Source of the DNA: Camelus dromedarius
Lineage: Eukaryota
Reading direction: 5' to 3'
Assembly (NCBI RefSeq): GCF_036321535.1
Contig: NC_087436.1
Location: 15,872,001-15,936,000, forward strand
Length of the DNA stretch: 64,000 nucleotides
The position numbers and the translations under genes were made by a program. Each line of letters begins with the position of its first letter. Position 1 is the first letter of the stretch. Positions 22,786 to 36,837 of this stretch are shown one piece after another. Below the pieces are notes generated by a model. It searched no databases. It was not told the DNA's origin and was given only the letters and a program-made list of their open reading frames with translations.

Positions 22786-24051
22786 AGGAGATTTTTGATC
22801 CGAAAGTAGACCTGACATTACCAAAATAAGTCTGGTTATATTACTGTAGTATCTGTAGTGTTAAATTTTGTGTAAGAATTGGGGCTTTTTGTGTTCTAAT
22901 TCTGAGGATTTGCATTATTGTTGATTACTATAAAGGTCTTAGTTATTATAGCTGGATATACCATCTTTCCTGCTTTTCAACGTTTACTCTTGGACCTTTC
23001 TATTAAACATGTGTTTGTCCCTCTCATATTCCCCTCTATGTGTCTCAGCCTCTCTTTCGTATTTTCTGTTTCCTTGTCTGTCTTTCCTGCCTTCTGGGAC
23101 ATTCCTTAGCTCTTTTACTTCCCAAATTCTTTATTCAACTCTTTATAACCTGTTTTCTAACCTGTTGAATTTTTAATTTCAGTGACTTCTTATTTTGAAA
23201 GTTGTTTATTGTTATCCTTTCAAATATGCTGAGTAATCTTCCCCCTTTTCCTTCATAATGTTTAAATGTCTTTTTTCCCTTATTTTCTTGTATGTCTTCA
23301 TGATGTGAAAGTCTCATTATAATAGTATATTGTAATTTTATAATTATTTATAATTGCATACATTTGATAAATATACAATTTTAAGTTCGTAAGCATGTAA
23401 TGTTATGAGTAAATCTGCTGACTTTTCCTTATGCTGTATTGTGTTCTCACATGTTTGTTTGTTTTTGATTTTGGTTTGTGAGTTTATTTTATCTGAGAGA
23501 ATGTGGCTTTTTCTAAGAGTATTGTGTAGCCTGTGCCGTTCTAGATTGAATTTATGTCTCTTCTAGCTGCTGTAGAAATAGCTTCATCATGGAACCACTT
23601 AAATTTTTATATCATGAAGTGTAGCAAACATACCAAAGATACATGTGTAAAATATATAAATGTACTGAAATATTACATATACCCAACACCAGATTAGTGA
23701 TAGAACAGTGTTAATAGCTTGGAATCTTTTTATCCCCACCGGGACAATTATCCATATCCTAACTTCGGTGTGAGCCATTCCTTTGTTTTTTTAAAAAATG
23801 TTTATCATCTATGTATGTATCTTTCAACAATATACTGTTTATTTTTGAAAACCTGAGTGCCAGTTACAAACCTCTTTCTGTGAGGAAAGCACAGTGCTGT
23901 CTCTATTAAATGAAGGTTCTGGGAGAAGATAAGATAAGCTGAACAGGGTCTCTTAGATCATGATCTGGCTTTTTTTTTTTAGAGTTTATATCAGTCCTCA
24001 CTGGGATATTTAGTAGGCAACATCAGAAATGAACCCTGGAGAATATAAAGG

Positions 24052-24509
24052 TGCATCAGTTTGCTTGTACTGCTGTAACACAGTACCCAAAATTGAATGG
24101 CTTAGACAACAAATTTATTGCCTTAAAGTTCTCTTGGCTGGAAGTCCAAGATAAACATTTGGGCTGGATTGATTCTTTCTGAGCACTGTGAGAGAGAATA
24201 TTTTCATGCCTCTTTCCTTGTTCTGGTGGTTTTCTGGCATTCTTTGGTATTCCTTAGGTTTTGGAAGCATCACCCCAATCTCTCTCTTCATCTCCATATG
24301 GTGTTCTCTCTATGTGCGTGTCTCTTTGTCCAGATTTTCCCTTTTTTTGGGACACCAGTCATATTGGATTAGGGCCCACCCTAATGACCTCATCTTAGCT
24401 AATTACATCTGAAACAACCTTGTTTCCAAATAAGCTCACATTCTGAGGCACTGGGGGTTAGGACTTAAAAGTAAGAATTTTGGGAAGAGATGCAGTTCAA
24501 CCTGTAACA
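24052..24509. mobile_element. MaLR solo LTR (MLT1C/D-like)
   Basis: tg...ca termini; gggcccaccctaatgacctcatctta...tttccaaataag.tcacattctgagg.actgggggttaggactt hallmark. Confidence 0.8.
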
Positions 24510-25069
24510 AGGGGCATCTGGCATACTGGCAGCGCAGAGCAAGTGTTAAGCTTTCTAGTAAGAATGCAATCAGAGAGGTTAGGCTGCTGTGTAATTTCTG
24601 TTTCTAAACTTATCAGGGCATACTACCATCTCTTAAATGTAGCTCGAAATACACTTAGTGAGTTAACACCTGCTATAGTGTAAGAGGTGGGGATGGGGAT
24701 ATGTCATATGAGATGGTGATAAATATATATTTTGTCAATTTCTGAGAAAGTGCAGCTAATAGCAATAGCATATATATTAGTCAGAATATAGGTTTTAGGC
24801 TGATATGACAGAGATGCCCCCCAAAACAGTGGCTTAAATGAGGTAGAAGTGTATTTGTCCTTCAGGTGAAAATTTGGGTAGTTAAATGGTCTAGGGCTAC
24901 TGATGCAGTTCTATAATTGTCAGGGCCATTTTTTTTGCTTTGTTACCCTCAACATAAGACTTACAGTAGACATTCCAAGGTGACTACCCTAGCTCTTGCC
25001 ATCATTTCAGTATCTTATGTAACAGGAAGGAGGAAAGTTGTAAAGAGAAATTGTTTCTTCCTTTTAAGA

Positions 25070-25576
25070 TGTGTGTGTATTAATATATATATTAGTGTGT
25101 ACACACACACACACACACACAATGCAATATTACTCAGCCATATAAAAGGATGAAATAATGCCATTTGTAGCAACATGGATAGACCTAGAGATGATCATAT
25201 TAAGTAAAGTAAGTCAGACAGAGAAAGACAGATAGCATATATCTCTTATATGTGAAATCTAAAAAAAAAAAGACCCAAATGAACTTACTTACAAACCAGA
25301 AATAGGACTCATAGACTTAAAAAACAAACTTTGGTTACCAAAGGGGAAAGGGGTTGAGGGAAGGGATAAATTGGGAGTTTGGGATTAACATGTACGTATT
25401 ACTATATATAAAATAGATAAACAACAAGGACCTGCTGTATAGCACAGGGAACTATATTCAATATCTTGTAATAACCTATAATGGAAAAGAATGTATATAT
25501 GTATAATTGAATCATTTTGCTATACACCCGAAACTAATACAACATTGTAAATCAGCTATACTTCAATTTAAAAAAG
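25070..25576 (+). mobile_element. 5'-truncated L1 3' end inserted in an older MLT1-type LTR (~24775-25780)
   Basis: gcaacatggatagacctagag...gtatagcacagggaactatattcaatatcttg...A-tail; tccttttaaga on both sides. Confidence 0.85.
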
Positions 25577-27884
25577 TTAGCTCCTTTTAAGAGTAATGTG
25601 CAGGGTTGTATATATTACTACCTGTCCTTGGTCAGAACGTGGTCACATGGCTATAACTTCAGGAAAGCTGGGAAGTGAGATACTTCACCTGGGCCCCAGG
25701 TACCAAACTAGTAACTGTTACTATGGAAGAAGAAAATGTAAATTGAGACACATTGCAGTTTGCGTCAGAATGTAATTTTTCTTCAGTTTCTCCCTATTAA
25801 TAAGTTTCAAGTGACTGTAAACAGGTATAGGGTCACATTCATGCAAGAATGGGTTCTTAGGGATAAATTGGATTCCTTGAGATTGGAATTTTTAAAAAGT
25901 CAATACATTTTTCAAGATGTAAATAAATAAAGCTAACTATTTAGTTCATTTTATAAATGAATAGACAGATCCAAAGAAAAAAGCTGATTTGTCACAAGAA
26001 GCAGAAACTACCTAGTTAGAGGCGTAAGCTGTGATTATGCTCTGTCCAGTGCTCCTGCTACATCTCTGAGGAAAAATTTAGCAAGTTTCCAGGGAAAACA
26101 TAGCTTTCCTTTGAAGTATTAGAATTTTCTGTGTATAGGAGTCTTTCCAGTTTTATAAACCTTTTGAAGAGAAGATAATTATTTCTGATCTGAATTTGTT
26201 TTTTGGCTTTTTGAAAATACAGGTGACTTAGGCTTAGTGACTAATTTCAGCTTAAAGCCTTTTATTAATATAATCATTGTGAAGAAAATACTCATTGTGC
26301 CCAATTACAGTCCCTATACAAAACTTCTGAAGGTTTATTTAGATTCTTTGAGTAATAGGCTTTAAAATTTCTATAATCTTGTACATTAAACTATAACCTA
26401 TAGAAAGCATGTTTTGCCACCCTGAAGGTGGCTATAAAAATTGTTTATGAAGTTCAGGCCAAGACTAAAATATGTTGAAGTGGAGAGTTTTGAAAAATGT
26501 TCTATATCGCAAAGGAGACCAAATCATGCTAAAATGCAGAAAGAGACTATACATCAGTTTCCAGCCTACATTATTCAAAAAAAATACAACCATAAAAAAG
26601 GTAATAAGATTACATTTTCACATTTCATGGCTAGTAAAGTGCATTAGGCTGCTCAGATATTCATAACTTACTGTGACATTCGGGAAGATTACATTTTGTA
26701 ATGCACAGCCATTACTACAGCTCAGATAATAACTAGCCAATGCCTGGACCTGGATTATGATCCCTGTCATTGGAAACAAATTTGTGTTTTGAAGGTTGAT
26801 CAAATTCAAATAACTATTAGAAAGGGTTAACATGACATACTGTAGACCCTGTGCATGCTTTTTAGGTATAATAGATATGCATACATATAGTATATCAAAT
26901 ATGCCACATATTTGTATGTACCAATTTCTGCCATCAATTTTCTCCTTGAAAGCCATATTTTATGATATTTAAAGCAATGGAGAAATATTTAAAACACCTG
27001 TCTGGATACTGCTCTCACAGTATAAACTCAATTTAAAAGCTGGTGAAATATTTGGAGGTTTTTTGGAAATTACTTTGAAAAATTAATTCTATAGCTTCTT
27101 GGGAGGGTGGTTACTGATGGTAATAAACACAGATCAAAATGAAACATTGATGTAAGTGGTATTAAGGTGAAGGTAAGGTCTCTTAAGTTAGTTGCAACTA
27201 GGTCTTTGACCTATTTAGATCTGTGTGAAGGATGCCCCAAAGTGTATATATACTAAAAACCCTGCCCTTGTCCTCTTTCCCCAGATGCTCAGTTGCCTTT
27301 TCAGAGGTAATCACAATTTAGTTTCTGGTGTAGCATTCTTAGATATATATCTATATGTATATGTTTTACACTCAAATTGTAACCTACTGTTCATGCTTTT
27401 TTCCACTGCGATTTTTCTCACTTAAACAATATATTTCAGAGATCTTTTTTTATGTCAGATGGAGTTGCCTCATTCTTTTCAATGTGTCGTATTCTATTAT
27501 AGAATTAAATAACTTTACTGACTTTAGATTATAGCTTTTTTTGGGGGGGGTATTGTTTTTTCTGCGTTCCAATAGAAATGCTAAAGTGCAGTTCTTGTAT
27601 GTAACATCATTACCAAAACGTGTCTGTGGAATACATTTTTAGTGGTCGTTAAGGTAGCCATTTGTGTCTGGCTTCTATTTAGCATAATTCTTTTGAGACT
27701 GATTCATGTTGTTAACTATTCAGTAGTTCCATTACCAAATACTTTTCTCATTTATAGTAATTTTTCAGTTTTCCAGATATATATCGTATCATCTGAAAAT
27801 AATTGGAGTGTAAGTCCTCTCTCCTAATATTTATACATGTTGCTGCCTTTTGACTAAATGTGGCTTAATAATTAATAATTTAAA

Positions 27885-28410
27885 AATGAAAGACAGTATC
27901 TTTAAAATGGAAAAAATATGACAGATGCCTCCTTAAGCATGTGATCAAAGCTACTAGCTTTATCAGTAGTGAGACATAACTGGCATCAGTTACCATCAGA
28001 AATACCCTGAGAAGGGCACACATCACTTGTGTGATATTTTTGCCAAAAATGCTTAATTTGAATTTAGACATATACATTCAGAATGGAAGACAGTCTGTAA
28101 AATAACTGGCAAATACACTTCAAAAAATGTCCAAATCATGAAAGTCAAAGAATGTGTGTGCGACTGTCTCAGTTTGGAGAAGACACTAAGGGGATGTTGA
28201 TCCTGGATCTGAAAAATGGCGTTAGTATGATAAATGGCAATATTTGAGTAAGATCTGTAGTATTTGTACCTGGTTTTAATGATTGTACTGTGAGTATGTA
28301 ATATACTCATATTAGGGAAAGCTGAGTAAAGGTACACAGGAACTCTGTACTATTTTGCATTTTTTAAAATGCCTGAAATTATTTCAGAATAAAAAGTTAA
28401 AGACAAAACA
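27885..28410 (+). mobile_element. Old L1 (L1MC-like) 3'UTR
   Basis: Ends ggaactctgtactattttgc...gaaattatttcagaataaaaagttaa. Confidence 0.65.
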
Positions 28411-29030
28411 AGCGAATAGTAGTCACAAATGGCCACAAAAGCAAAAAAACAAGTTTCTAGAATTCTTACGTAGTTTATAGAATTCTGAGGTGCGCTTTGG
28501 GAACCAGGCACACATACTTCACAGCCAGGACCGTGTAGCCAGGAGGATCAGCCTGGTCACGCCAAGGGACTCCCTATGCTGCGTGTTACTGATGATGCAA
28601 AGAGTTGTACACTAAAATCTCTGCCAGAGCTTTCCTAGAAGAACCAAAAGCCTTTACCACTGTGCTTGCCAGGTGTTCTTAGTTCCCTGCATGCAGATAC
28701 TGCCTCCCCTTGTTCATTTTTCCATTCCTTCTTTTGCATGCCAGTGTGTGTCTTTAACAGAACCTGGGGTGCATATTGATCCCTGGCTGCAAGGACTTTT
28801 AATTGATTTCCTAATTCTGAACTGTCTTTGCTTTTTCTAGAGTAAACTATTTGTTCATGTCTGTTATGTTATGAGCTGTTGGATTTTGTTTGAAAGTTCA
28901 CTTTTTCCAATTCTGGCCTACCTTTTGGGTTTAAGAAAGCATACTGAACAAAGACATATTCAGAAGGACAGGAGGGTAGGTGAATCATGCATGTAACTTT
29001 CTGACAGAGATCTTTAAAAAAAATCAATTC

Positions 29031-29127
29031 GGAGGGAGGTTATAGCTCAAGAGCACCTGCTTAGCATGCACGAAGTCCTGGGTTCAGTCCCCAGTACCTC
29101 CTCTAAAAATAAAATAAATAAATAAAA
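29031..29127 (+). mobile_element. tRNA-derived SINE, camelid Vic-type, short-tail form
   Basis: tatagctcaa...cttagcatgcacgaagtcctgggttcagtccccagtacctcc + A-tail; aaaaa.atca.ttc on both sides. Confidence 0.88.
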
Positions 29128-29943
29128 CTAGTAAAGTAAAATTGTCTGCCTTTAAAAATATCAGTTCAAAAAGATAGACCTGCAAAGGCAATTCTAAAAG
29201 TGTTTTACTTTAAACCATTGGAGTTTGTTAAAATTAATAGCACTTGCCCTCTGTGGGAAGCTGTGTGTGAGTTGTCAAGATAGGAATAGGTCAGTATAGC
29301 TTTCTCTGGATGGATTTTCTGATAGTATCAGTGAATTAAGTTTTCTTGGTTCCTGACTTTGAGTGTGTGACTAAGTTTAAGTTAGATTTAAGGTATGCTG
29401 ATTATTGACCAAGGGGATCAAAATGGATAGGTGTAATAAACCAAGAACTTGACAAATAAAGACTGTCAGTTTTATGTTTACTCTGAGCCTTTTTCAGCTT
29501 TTCATTTTTGCTGTGAGCCCATACCTTGTAGAGTGTGCAAAGGACCTTTAGGTTGCTGTGAGTAGCTCACAGACTTCCTAATTCATAGATGAAATATTGA
29601 ATTAGAAGCAATTATGGAGCTAAATTAGACCTTTATTAGTATCAGGGCAGTAGATAGTGATTTCCCTATGACATCCTGTATTTGTTTTTGTTGAAAAATA
29701 TCTCCATTTTTATATTCTAAGTCTTGCCTGACTTTGTGCTATCTTAACTTGAGTATTTCTTTAGAAGCTTTATTTTTTAGAGCTGTGTGTGTGTGTGTAT
29801 GTGTGTAAGATCTTTTTATTGTTGTAGGGGTAGAGAAGAATGTATATGGGTGGTTACTGCCAGTCTGAAGCTTAGCAGTATACTCTAGTTATACTGAATA
29901 TGTACTAATACTTTTAATGTTTCTTTTCCCCCCTCCTTGGAAG

Positions 29944-30175
29944 TTGGTAGGAGGGCAGTTTGATTTAGAAATGAATTTCATTATTCAAGAAGGTGAGAGT
30001 ATCATCTGCATGGTGGACCTCCTTGAAAAATGTGACGTTACTTGCCAAGCAGAAGTCTGGAGCATGTTTACAGCCATTCTGAAGAAGAGTATACGAAATC
30101 TTCAAGTCTGCACTGAAGTAGGCCTTGTTGAAAAAGTGCTTGGGAAAATTGAAAAAGTTGACAATATTATAGCAG
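29944..30175 (+). CDS. LRBA: LRBA coding exon (probably exon 3), 232 nt, LVGGQFDLEMNF...EKVDNIIA
   Basis: Pyrimidine tract + aag acceptor, G|gtatga donor. The peptide matches the LRBA N-terminal region as I recall it (LRBA-type rather than NBEA-type residues). Frame joins the next exon. Confidence 0.96.
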
Positions 30176-30399
30176 GTATGACTTTCTATACTATGATGGA
30201 TGTGAAGAAATGAAGTTTGATTCTTAAGTACTCTATTTTTCTTATTTTATATAGTAATATTTATTTAAGAAGTATTTGAGCATTTAACATGTATCTGGAA
30301 CTTTAGTTTCCAAACTCTTAAGTAACCACAGTGTATTAGTATATTTTAATTTTTCAAGAAATACAAGTAGCTTAATTTTTGTATTTTCTTTGTTTCCAG

Positions 30400-30500
30400 A
30401 TCTTTTAGTTGACATGTTGGGAGTGCTGGCTAGCTACAATTTGACAGTTCGAGAACTAAAGCTGTTCTTCAGTAAACTTCAAGGAGATAAAGGACAATGG
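30400..30500 (+). CDS. LRBA: LRBA coding exon (probably exon 4), 101 nt, DLLVDMLGVLASYNLTVRELKLFFSKLQGDKGQW
   Basis: tttccag acceptor, gtaaac donor. Phase-1 start completes the GAT codon with the previous exon. Confidence 0.95.
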
Positions 30501-31229
30501 GTAAACTTAAATACTCTTTGGTATTTGAAAGAACCCCCCCCCCCAACATATTAGTGGCTTTTAAGCAGTTGGTATTGTTGCAGAGGGGATAAATGTCAAA
30601 TTGAGGGGAAGAGATCAATTAGAATCGTATTTAGACGTATACAGCTGCTTTTGTTACGACTTGACACAACTGTGGACCAGGAGAGCTTGGTGTTCCAGGC
30701 AGGTGGATAATTTGGTCCTTCTTCAAATGGTTATGTTTTAAATATACATTCAACATTTGGGGGGAAAAGGATGAGGACAGAGAAATAAAAATGTTGGGTA
30801 GCAGCACCTAGCTTCTGTATCAGTCTGAGTAGTTTTGCTGTGGCCCTTAAACTTGAATAACCCACTCAGTGAACAAAAACTCTGCAGTTAATTGGATGCA
30901 CCCTCCTTAGACGCAGTTTTGTGGTCCTTTGCAATGGATGCTGCTGGTCAACTGTGGTTGAACTCCAGGTACATTATCAAACTGTTTCTTCCTACCCTTT
31001 AATTACTTATTCCTTAGAGGAATACTAGTAAATTTTTCTCCATTTTTGTTGCATTTCTAGGCTTATTTAGAGCTCTTTAGAAAACACTGCTGTAGCAACT
31101 ACTTAGCCAGCTGATCCTTAATCTGGTTCTGTTTTAGGTATATCTACATTTGTGCTCTGTAATTGCACACTCTAATTTATTGTGTTAAAGCGTTTAGACT
31201 CTGTAGCATCTTTGTATCAAACTCTAGCT

Positions 31230-32700
31230 CTCTGGCTGCTTTTAAGATTTTCCCCACTGATTTTCAGTGATTTTATTATGTTTTTTGCTGTGGTTTACCT
31301 TGTATTTATCTTTATTAGAGTTCTTGCACATGTGGATTTATAATATAGTTCTCATCAAATTTAGAAACATTTTGGTCGTTATTTTTTCAAATATCATATT
31401 CTTGTCCCTCTTCCCTTCCTTCTGGGACTCCAGTTACACGTGTGTTAGTCTTGGTAGTGTCCCTCGGGTCCCTCAGAACTGTTAACTTTTTTTTTTTTTA
31501 GTTGTTTCTCTTTGCGCTTCATTTTAGATTGCTTTGATTGCTGTTTTTAAGGTAATCGATCTTTTCTTTTGCAGTGTGTTAACATTCATTAAAATTTTCA
31601 AAAATTTTTTTCAAATTTCATATGTTTTTAATCTCTAAATTCCATTTGGCTCTTTTTAATATCTTCCATTTTCCGCCTCATTTGTGTTTTCCTTTAAATC
31701 CTTGGGAATATGTAGCATATTCATAGTTGCTTTAATGTTCTTGTCTACTAATTCTGTCAAATCTGTCATGTTCTAGATCAGTTTTTTGCTCACTCATTCT
31801 CCTTTTACTTATAAGTCATATTTTCCTTTTTTTTCTTTTTTAATGGAGGTACTTGTGATTGAACCCAGGATTTCATGCATGCTAAGCATACGCTGTACCA
31901 CTGAGCTATCACCCACCTTTATGCTAGTGATTTTAGACATGGTGATGTTAGACAAAGTGAGTTATTCCTTGTTCAGTGCTAGATTTTGTCGTATTCCATT
32001 TAAGATTGTTAGACTGTTTTTGGAGGCAAATAAGTTACTTGTGGATTAACTTTATTTTTTCAGGCTAGTTTTAAAGGTCTTTTTGGTCAGATCCAGATTG
32101 GCTGTTACTCTAGGGCTAGGTCAGCCTTGTTATTCAGGCCTGACTTTTCTAGGTTACCTATAAATGACCCTGATTCTCAGACATGAGGCAACAGGTCGTG
32201 CAAGACGATCTCCATAGTACCTACTAGGGTCTCAACAATTTATGGCTTCCTACCAGCTCTGGGGATTCTTTGACTTACAGCTTTCAAAATCTTGTTGAGT
32301 TTATGGTAGAAATGAACAGTTTGGTATTAATGTCAAACAGTGAGTGCAGATTTCTGGAGCTTCTTCTCTGCATAGGCCCTTCCTCTGTAGTACTGTACCC
32401 TGAAGGTTCTATCCACCTCACACTATCCTTTTTCCAATTCCTACCTCATCAACTCAGTGAGACTTACAGATTCTCTTTGGTTTCCCTCTCCCTGTGCAGT
32501 GAAATGTGATATGGAAATTGACTCCAGGTAGAAAGTTAGGGTCCTCTGATGGCTCATTTTGTTTCCTCTTCTCAAGGCTCACAGTCTTTACCTACCTCTT
32601 TTCTATGCCTGAAAACAGTTTTCTTTCATACATTTTGTTCAGTTTTCTAGTTGTTTATGGTGAGTTGGTAAGTGTAGCTCTTGTTACTGTGTCATATCTA
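31230..32700 (-). mobile_element. Very old L1 (L1MD/ME-like) ORF1/5' region, approximate bounds
   Basis: ctggctgcttttaagatttt...cttctgggactccagttacac motifs; T-rich decay. Confidence 0.5.
31825..31917 (-). mobile_element. tRNA-derived SINE, camelid Vic-type, short-tail form
   Basis: ggaggtacttgtgattgaacccagga...gcatgctaagcat...ctgagctat. Confidence 0.85.
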
Positions 32701-34269
32701 GAAGACATATACTGGTTTGATTTTGGGTTTGATTTATATTCAAATAATTTATTTATTCTGAATATGTAATTAAAACTTTTTTTGTTACTTTGGTGAATAT
32801 AGAAAACTAGAAGAAACTAGCAAAGGATATGAACAAATATTTATTTACAGGGATAGAAACCCCATAATCAAATAAATGCTAAATCACTAATAACTAGAGA
32901 TGTTTAAATTAAAACGATATTGATATGTCACCTTATATCTATTAGTATCAAGAATTATAAAGTTGGATAATATCAAGTATAATTGGGGGGATTAGAGTTA
33001 TTTTAAACCTGTGTACTATTGGTTGGAATGAACACCAGTGGATCCAAACTCAAGACCAATCTAGCACTGCTTAGTCACTTAAATTATACCCATATCCAGT
33101 GACTTAGGAGTTAAGGAGAGTGCGTGTTCCAAGAAATTGTCACATAGTTCTGTAAGGAAATATACATGAGAATGTTCACTGAAGCATTATTTTTGATGGC
33201 AGTGAATTGTCAACATGTGTGTCTATTAGAGTAAACAGGTAAAATGTATTGGATGCATGGAGTAGATTATGACATAGCAGTTAGAATCAGTGCGTAGAGT
33301 GATATGAATAGATACCAAAAATCAGGAAGAAAGTAAGAAAGAGAATGATATATCTAACCCAACATCATTTAAATTATAAGTAAAATCATACAGAAACACA
33401 TTTTTGAAGGAATACATATAAAAAGATTAAACATGTTAACATAATTGCTTATGGGATTGGGAGTAGGAAGAGAATAGGTGTAGTGGATAAAGGAGAAAAA
33501 AATTAATGAACCATTGTTAGTTTAAAAAAAAAAAAAGAGCAAGGCTTTGCTCAGACATTATATTTATGTAGCTTTTGCTATCATGTCAGTGCAGTGAAAA
33601 ATCCCTGTATCTGTATCTGCCTTTCTGATTATTACTTTAGAACAGATTTTCACATATGGAAATAGTGTATCAATGGGAATAAACATTTTTAAAGACTCTT
33701 GAAATATGACTAAGTTATTTTCTGAAAGGTTTTCCTAGTGTACAATCTCTCAGCAGTGTCTGTGGAAGAAAGTGCTTATCCTAATGCATTTTTTTTTTGA
33801 TTGGTGTATGAAGAGGAAATTTGGAGGAATGATTTCTCTAGATGGAAATGCTATAATACTATGTTTTAATTTTTGACTGCCGTTACTTTTGGTAATTTCA
33901 TCTTAGAATTTATTTTAAAAAAGTGTGATTGTAGTAACTTGTTCCTATACTTTTATAATTGAGCAGTGTGGTTAACTGAAAATTTCTTGAATACTTAAGA
34001 TCAACGTTTCCACTTTTTAGGTAAAAGATTGCTGAACTGTTTTAGATAGTAATGGAAATTTAGAGTAGCTACCAAATAAGATGAAGGCAAGCCAATGATT
34101 TCACTTGAGTTTGACACTGTTTTGAACTTTGAACTTTTAAGAGGAATGTACTACACTTATTTGCTTGTAATCTGATTAAAATGATAGCGTATATCTGATT
34201 GTCCTTTGCTTTTCCTTGTAAATATAAATGTGCCTTTTTGTCTTAGCTATTGGTTGTTTAATGTATTAG

Positions 34270-34910
34270 AGGAGACTTGTGGGTCAAAGAGGCATTAATC
34301 AAGTAAATGTAATGTTACAACTTTTATGCATGCTATATAGTAGAGGTATATTGTAGAATGAAATATGATAGGGAGTTTTGATCCAGCCTCAGAGGTCAGG
34401 GAAGACTGCCCTGAGAAGTGACCATTAAGATGAGCTCTGAATGATGGGTAAGATTTATTTAGTTAAGGAGGGGGAGTGAGGAATCGGCCCAGTGAGAATA
34501 TTTTAAGCACAAGGATTAGCTTGTGCTCAGTCCCTATTATGGGAGGAAGACAGAGAAGACATTGTAGATGGAGTGCAGAGAGAAGGGGAGATGAGATGCA
34601 AAAAGAGGCTGAGGAGGTTAAAAAAAAAGTATCTTGTGGGCCATGTTAAGGATTTTGGTCTTTATTTTAAAGGCAGTGGGAAGCTACAGGAGAGATAGTA
34701 GAACATAATGGTGAAAGTGTAGTGATTAGCTGCATGGACCTTAGATTCACATTGAATTCTGATCCATCCTGTCACTTACTACCTGTGTAAACTTGGACAT
34801 ATTCCTCTGCCGCAGATTCATCCTCAGTAGAATGGGATAGTAATAACCCCTACTGTGGTTATGAGGCTAAAATATTTTATTTTTAAAGTGCCTTTAACTA
34901 TGGGGCCTGG
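34270..34910. mobile_element. L2 remnant followed by a MIR remnant
   Basis: gtcagggaagactgccctgagaagtgac / ggccatgttaaggattttggtctttat (L2); MIR core at ~34770-34870. Confidence 0.55.
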
Positions 34911-35270
34911 TAAGTTTGTTTTTTTTGTGTGTGTGAAATTAAAAAGTGTTTTAAAGAGGTATGGGTGGTGAGTTAATGTAGTTTGTAATTTTAAAAGCTC
35001 GTTTTTGGTGTAGAGTGGAGAAGAGTTCCAAGTGTCAAATGATACTGGCTCCTATTTACCCAACGCCTCGTGCAAAAAAGTGGCATAGACAGTATTGTTT
35101 ATTTCTTGAAGATAGTTAAAAATAACCTTTCTTTGGTTATTTTGAATGCTTTTTAGCTTATAGAATTATTTAGTTATTTTGGGGTATATTAAATTGTGGC
35201 TGTATTAAAAGTAGGTATTTTTGTTCTATGGTGAATAGTGTGGTTAATGAATTATTGATTATGTTTGTAG

Positions 35271-35366
35271 CCTCCACATGCTGGGAAGTTGCTGTCTGTG
35301 TTAAAACATATGCCTCAAAAGTATGGCCCCGATGCCTTTTTCAACTTTCCAGGAAAGAGTGCTGCA
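35271..35366 (+). CDS. LRBA: LRBA coding exon (probably exon 5), 96 nt, PPHAGKLLSVLKHMPQKYGPDAFFNFPGKSAA
   Basis: tttgtag acceptor, gtaagt donor; hand translation is open and in frame. Confidence 0.95.
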
Positions 35367-36837
35367 GTAAGTAAATCTTAATGAGGAAATCACTTGGAGT
35401 TCTTCTTTCCTTTGCTTCCTGAAAATACAGCCCTGTAAACACTCCTGACAGGTTCTGTGTTAGGTAGAAACTTCTCTGCACAACCTAACTTAATCCTCAC
35501 GGCAGTTGTGCATGTTGCTTTTTCCTGACTGTTTTAGAGGTGAAGAAATAAAGGCTCAAAGAAGTTAAGAAAGCTTTTCATTCACTCCTTGGGGCAGAAA
35601 TGGAATAAGAACCCAATTCTTTTCAACATAGGCTGTGTCATCTTATGAATTTTATCTCTGCATTCTGAAATAGAAATTTTTCTGTAATACTTTGACTTCT
35701 ACTTTCTGAACATCTTTCTTTAGCTTTACATTTCCCAATTCCTGTTTCTTTAGCATGTGATGTATAAAATGAGAGTAACTCTTGAGAACTTTCTAAGGCA
35801 AGTTTTCCTAACCTGTGAGTTTCCATATTGTATTAGTCTCGGCATTCTTACAAGCTGTTAACCAGTTTATAAATAAGACAGTTATGTATGGCAGTTATGT
35901 ATGGCAGTAATGTTATAGGATTACATTATATAATGTATATGTGTTGTTTATGAAGGCTTTTTCACCTCATGATTACATTGGTCTGCCTGTTAAAAGCAAA
36001 CATTTTTTGAAGATATTTCAGCCTGTTCTTTTTCTGACCTTACCTTTTATTCATTTTTTTACTTTTGTTTTCATTATCTCTTACTTGATTATGGCCCCTA
36101 TGTAGCCAGGCAATACTTACAGAAGGAAAAAAAAAAGTGTTTTAAAAGGACATTTGTGATATTTGAATGCTTCACACACTATATACTGTTTTGTTTGAAA
36201 AGTTTTATTGCTAGTATTATCTTTTCTTTATAATTTTTCCTCAGTAACTATTTTGGATTTGAAGCTTTTCAGAATAACTTTCCTCTTTTGGCTTTGAGCT
36301 TATCATTTGTCTCAAACATTAAAAAAAAAGTATTTTCATGAGATTAACCTTTTTTCATTCATGTTATACTTTTAGTATTTATAATTCTTTGAGATTATAA
36401 TATGCCCATTCCATTTACTTGTATGTATATTAAAAGTGGGGCAGTTCAGCTATGCAGCTTTTGGAACTTTCAGAGAATAGATATTTTAAATATAATCAGT
36501 GACTCATTTTTTCCCCCCTTAAATATAGCTTTTAAAGGGAAACTAAAGTATTCAGGGATAAATTATTCTGACACAGCTTTCACATTTTCTACTCATTTTT
36601 CAGTGAGAGAGAACATATATATACAGTGAATATGTATTCTTTTATTTTTTTTCTTAATGTAGCTTCACTTTAAATCAGCCTCTTGAAGGTCTCAGTAGTG
36701 TTATTACATAAATTTGACTCTGATGTTTTTCATGTTTTATGGAATATCTTATACATACAAAAGAGTATATGTGTATATATGATGTATAAACATAAATGTA
36801 TATGTAAGTTATAACAGTCAAACAAAAGCTTTGTAGC

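Noticed and set aside
26417..26433. Hairpin gccacc-ctgaa-ggtggc and nearby short ORFs (26441-26956)
   Set aside because: A 6-bp stem is expected by chance, and the ORFs show no recognisable homology or splice structure.
1..29943. Possible nested gene in the large intron (LRBA hosts MAB21L2 elsewhere)
   Set aside because: No long non-repeat ORF is present, and MAB21L2 lies in a much more 3' intron.
35879..35908. Small tandem duplications (13 bp here; similar ones at ~12513-12547 and ~60267-60310)
   Set aside because: Ordinary slippage events with no array structure; not CRISPR-like.
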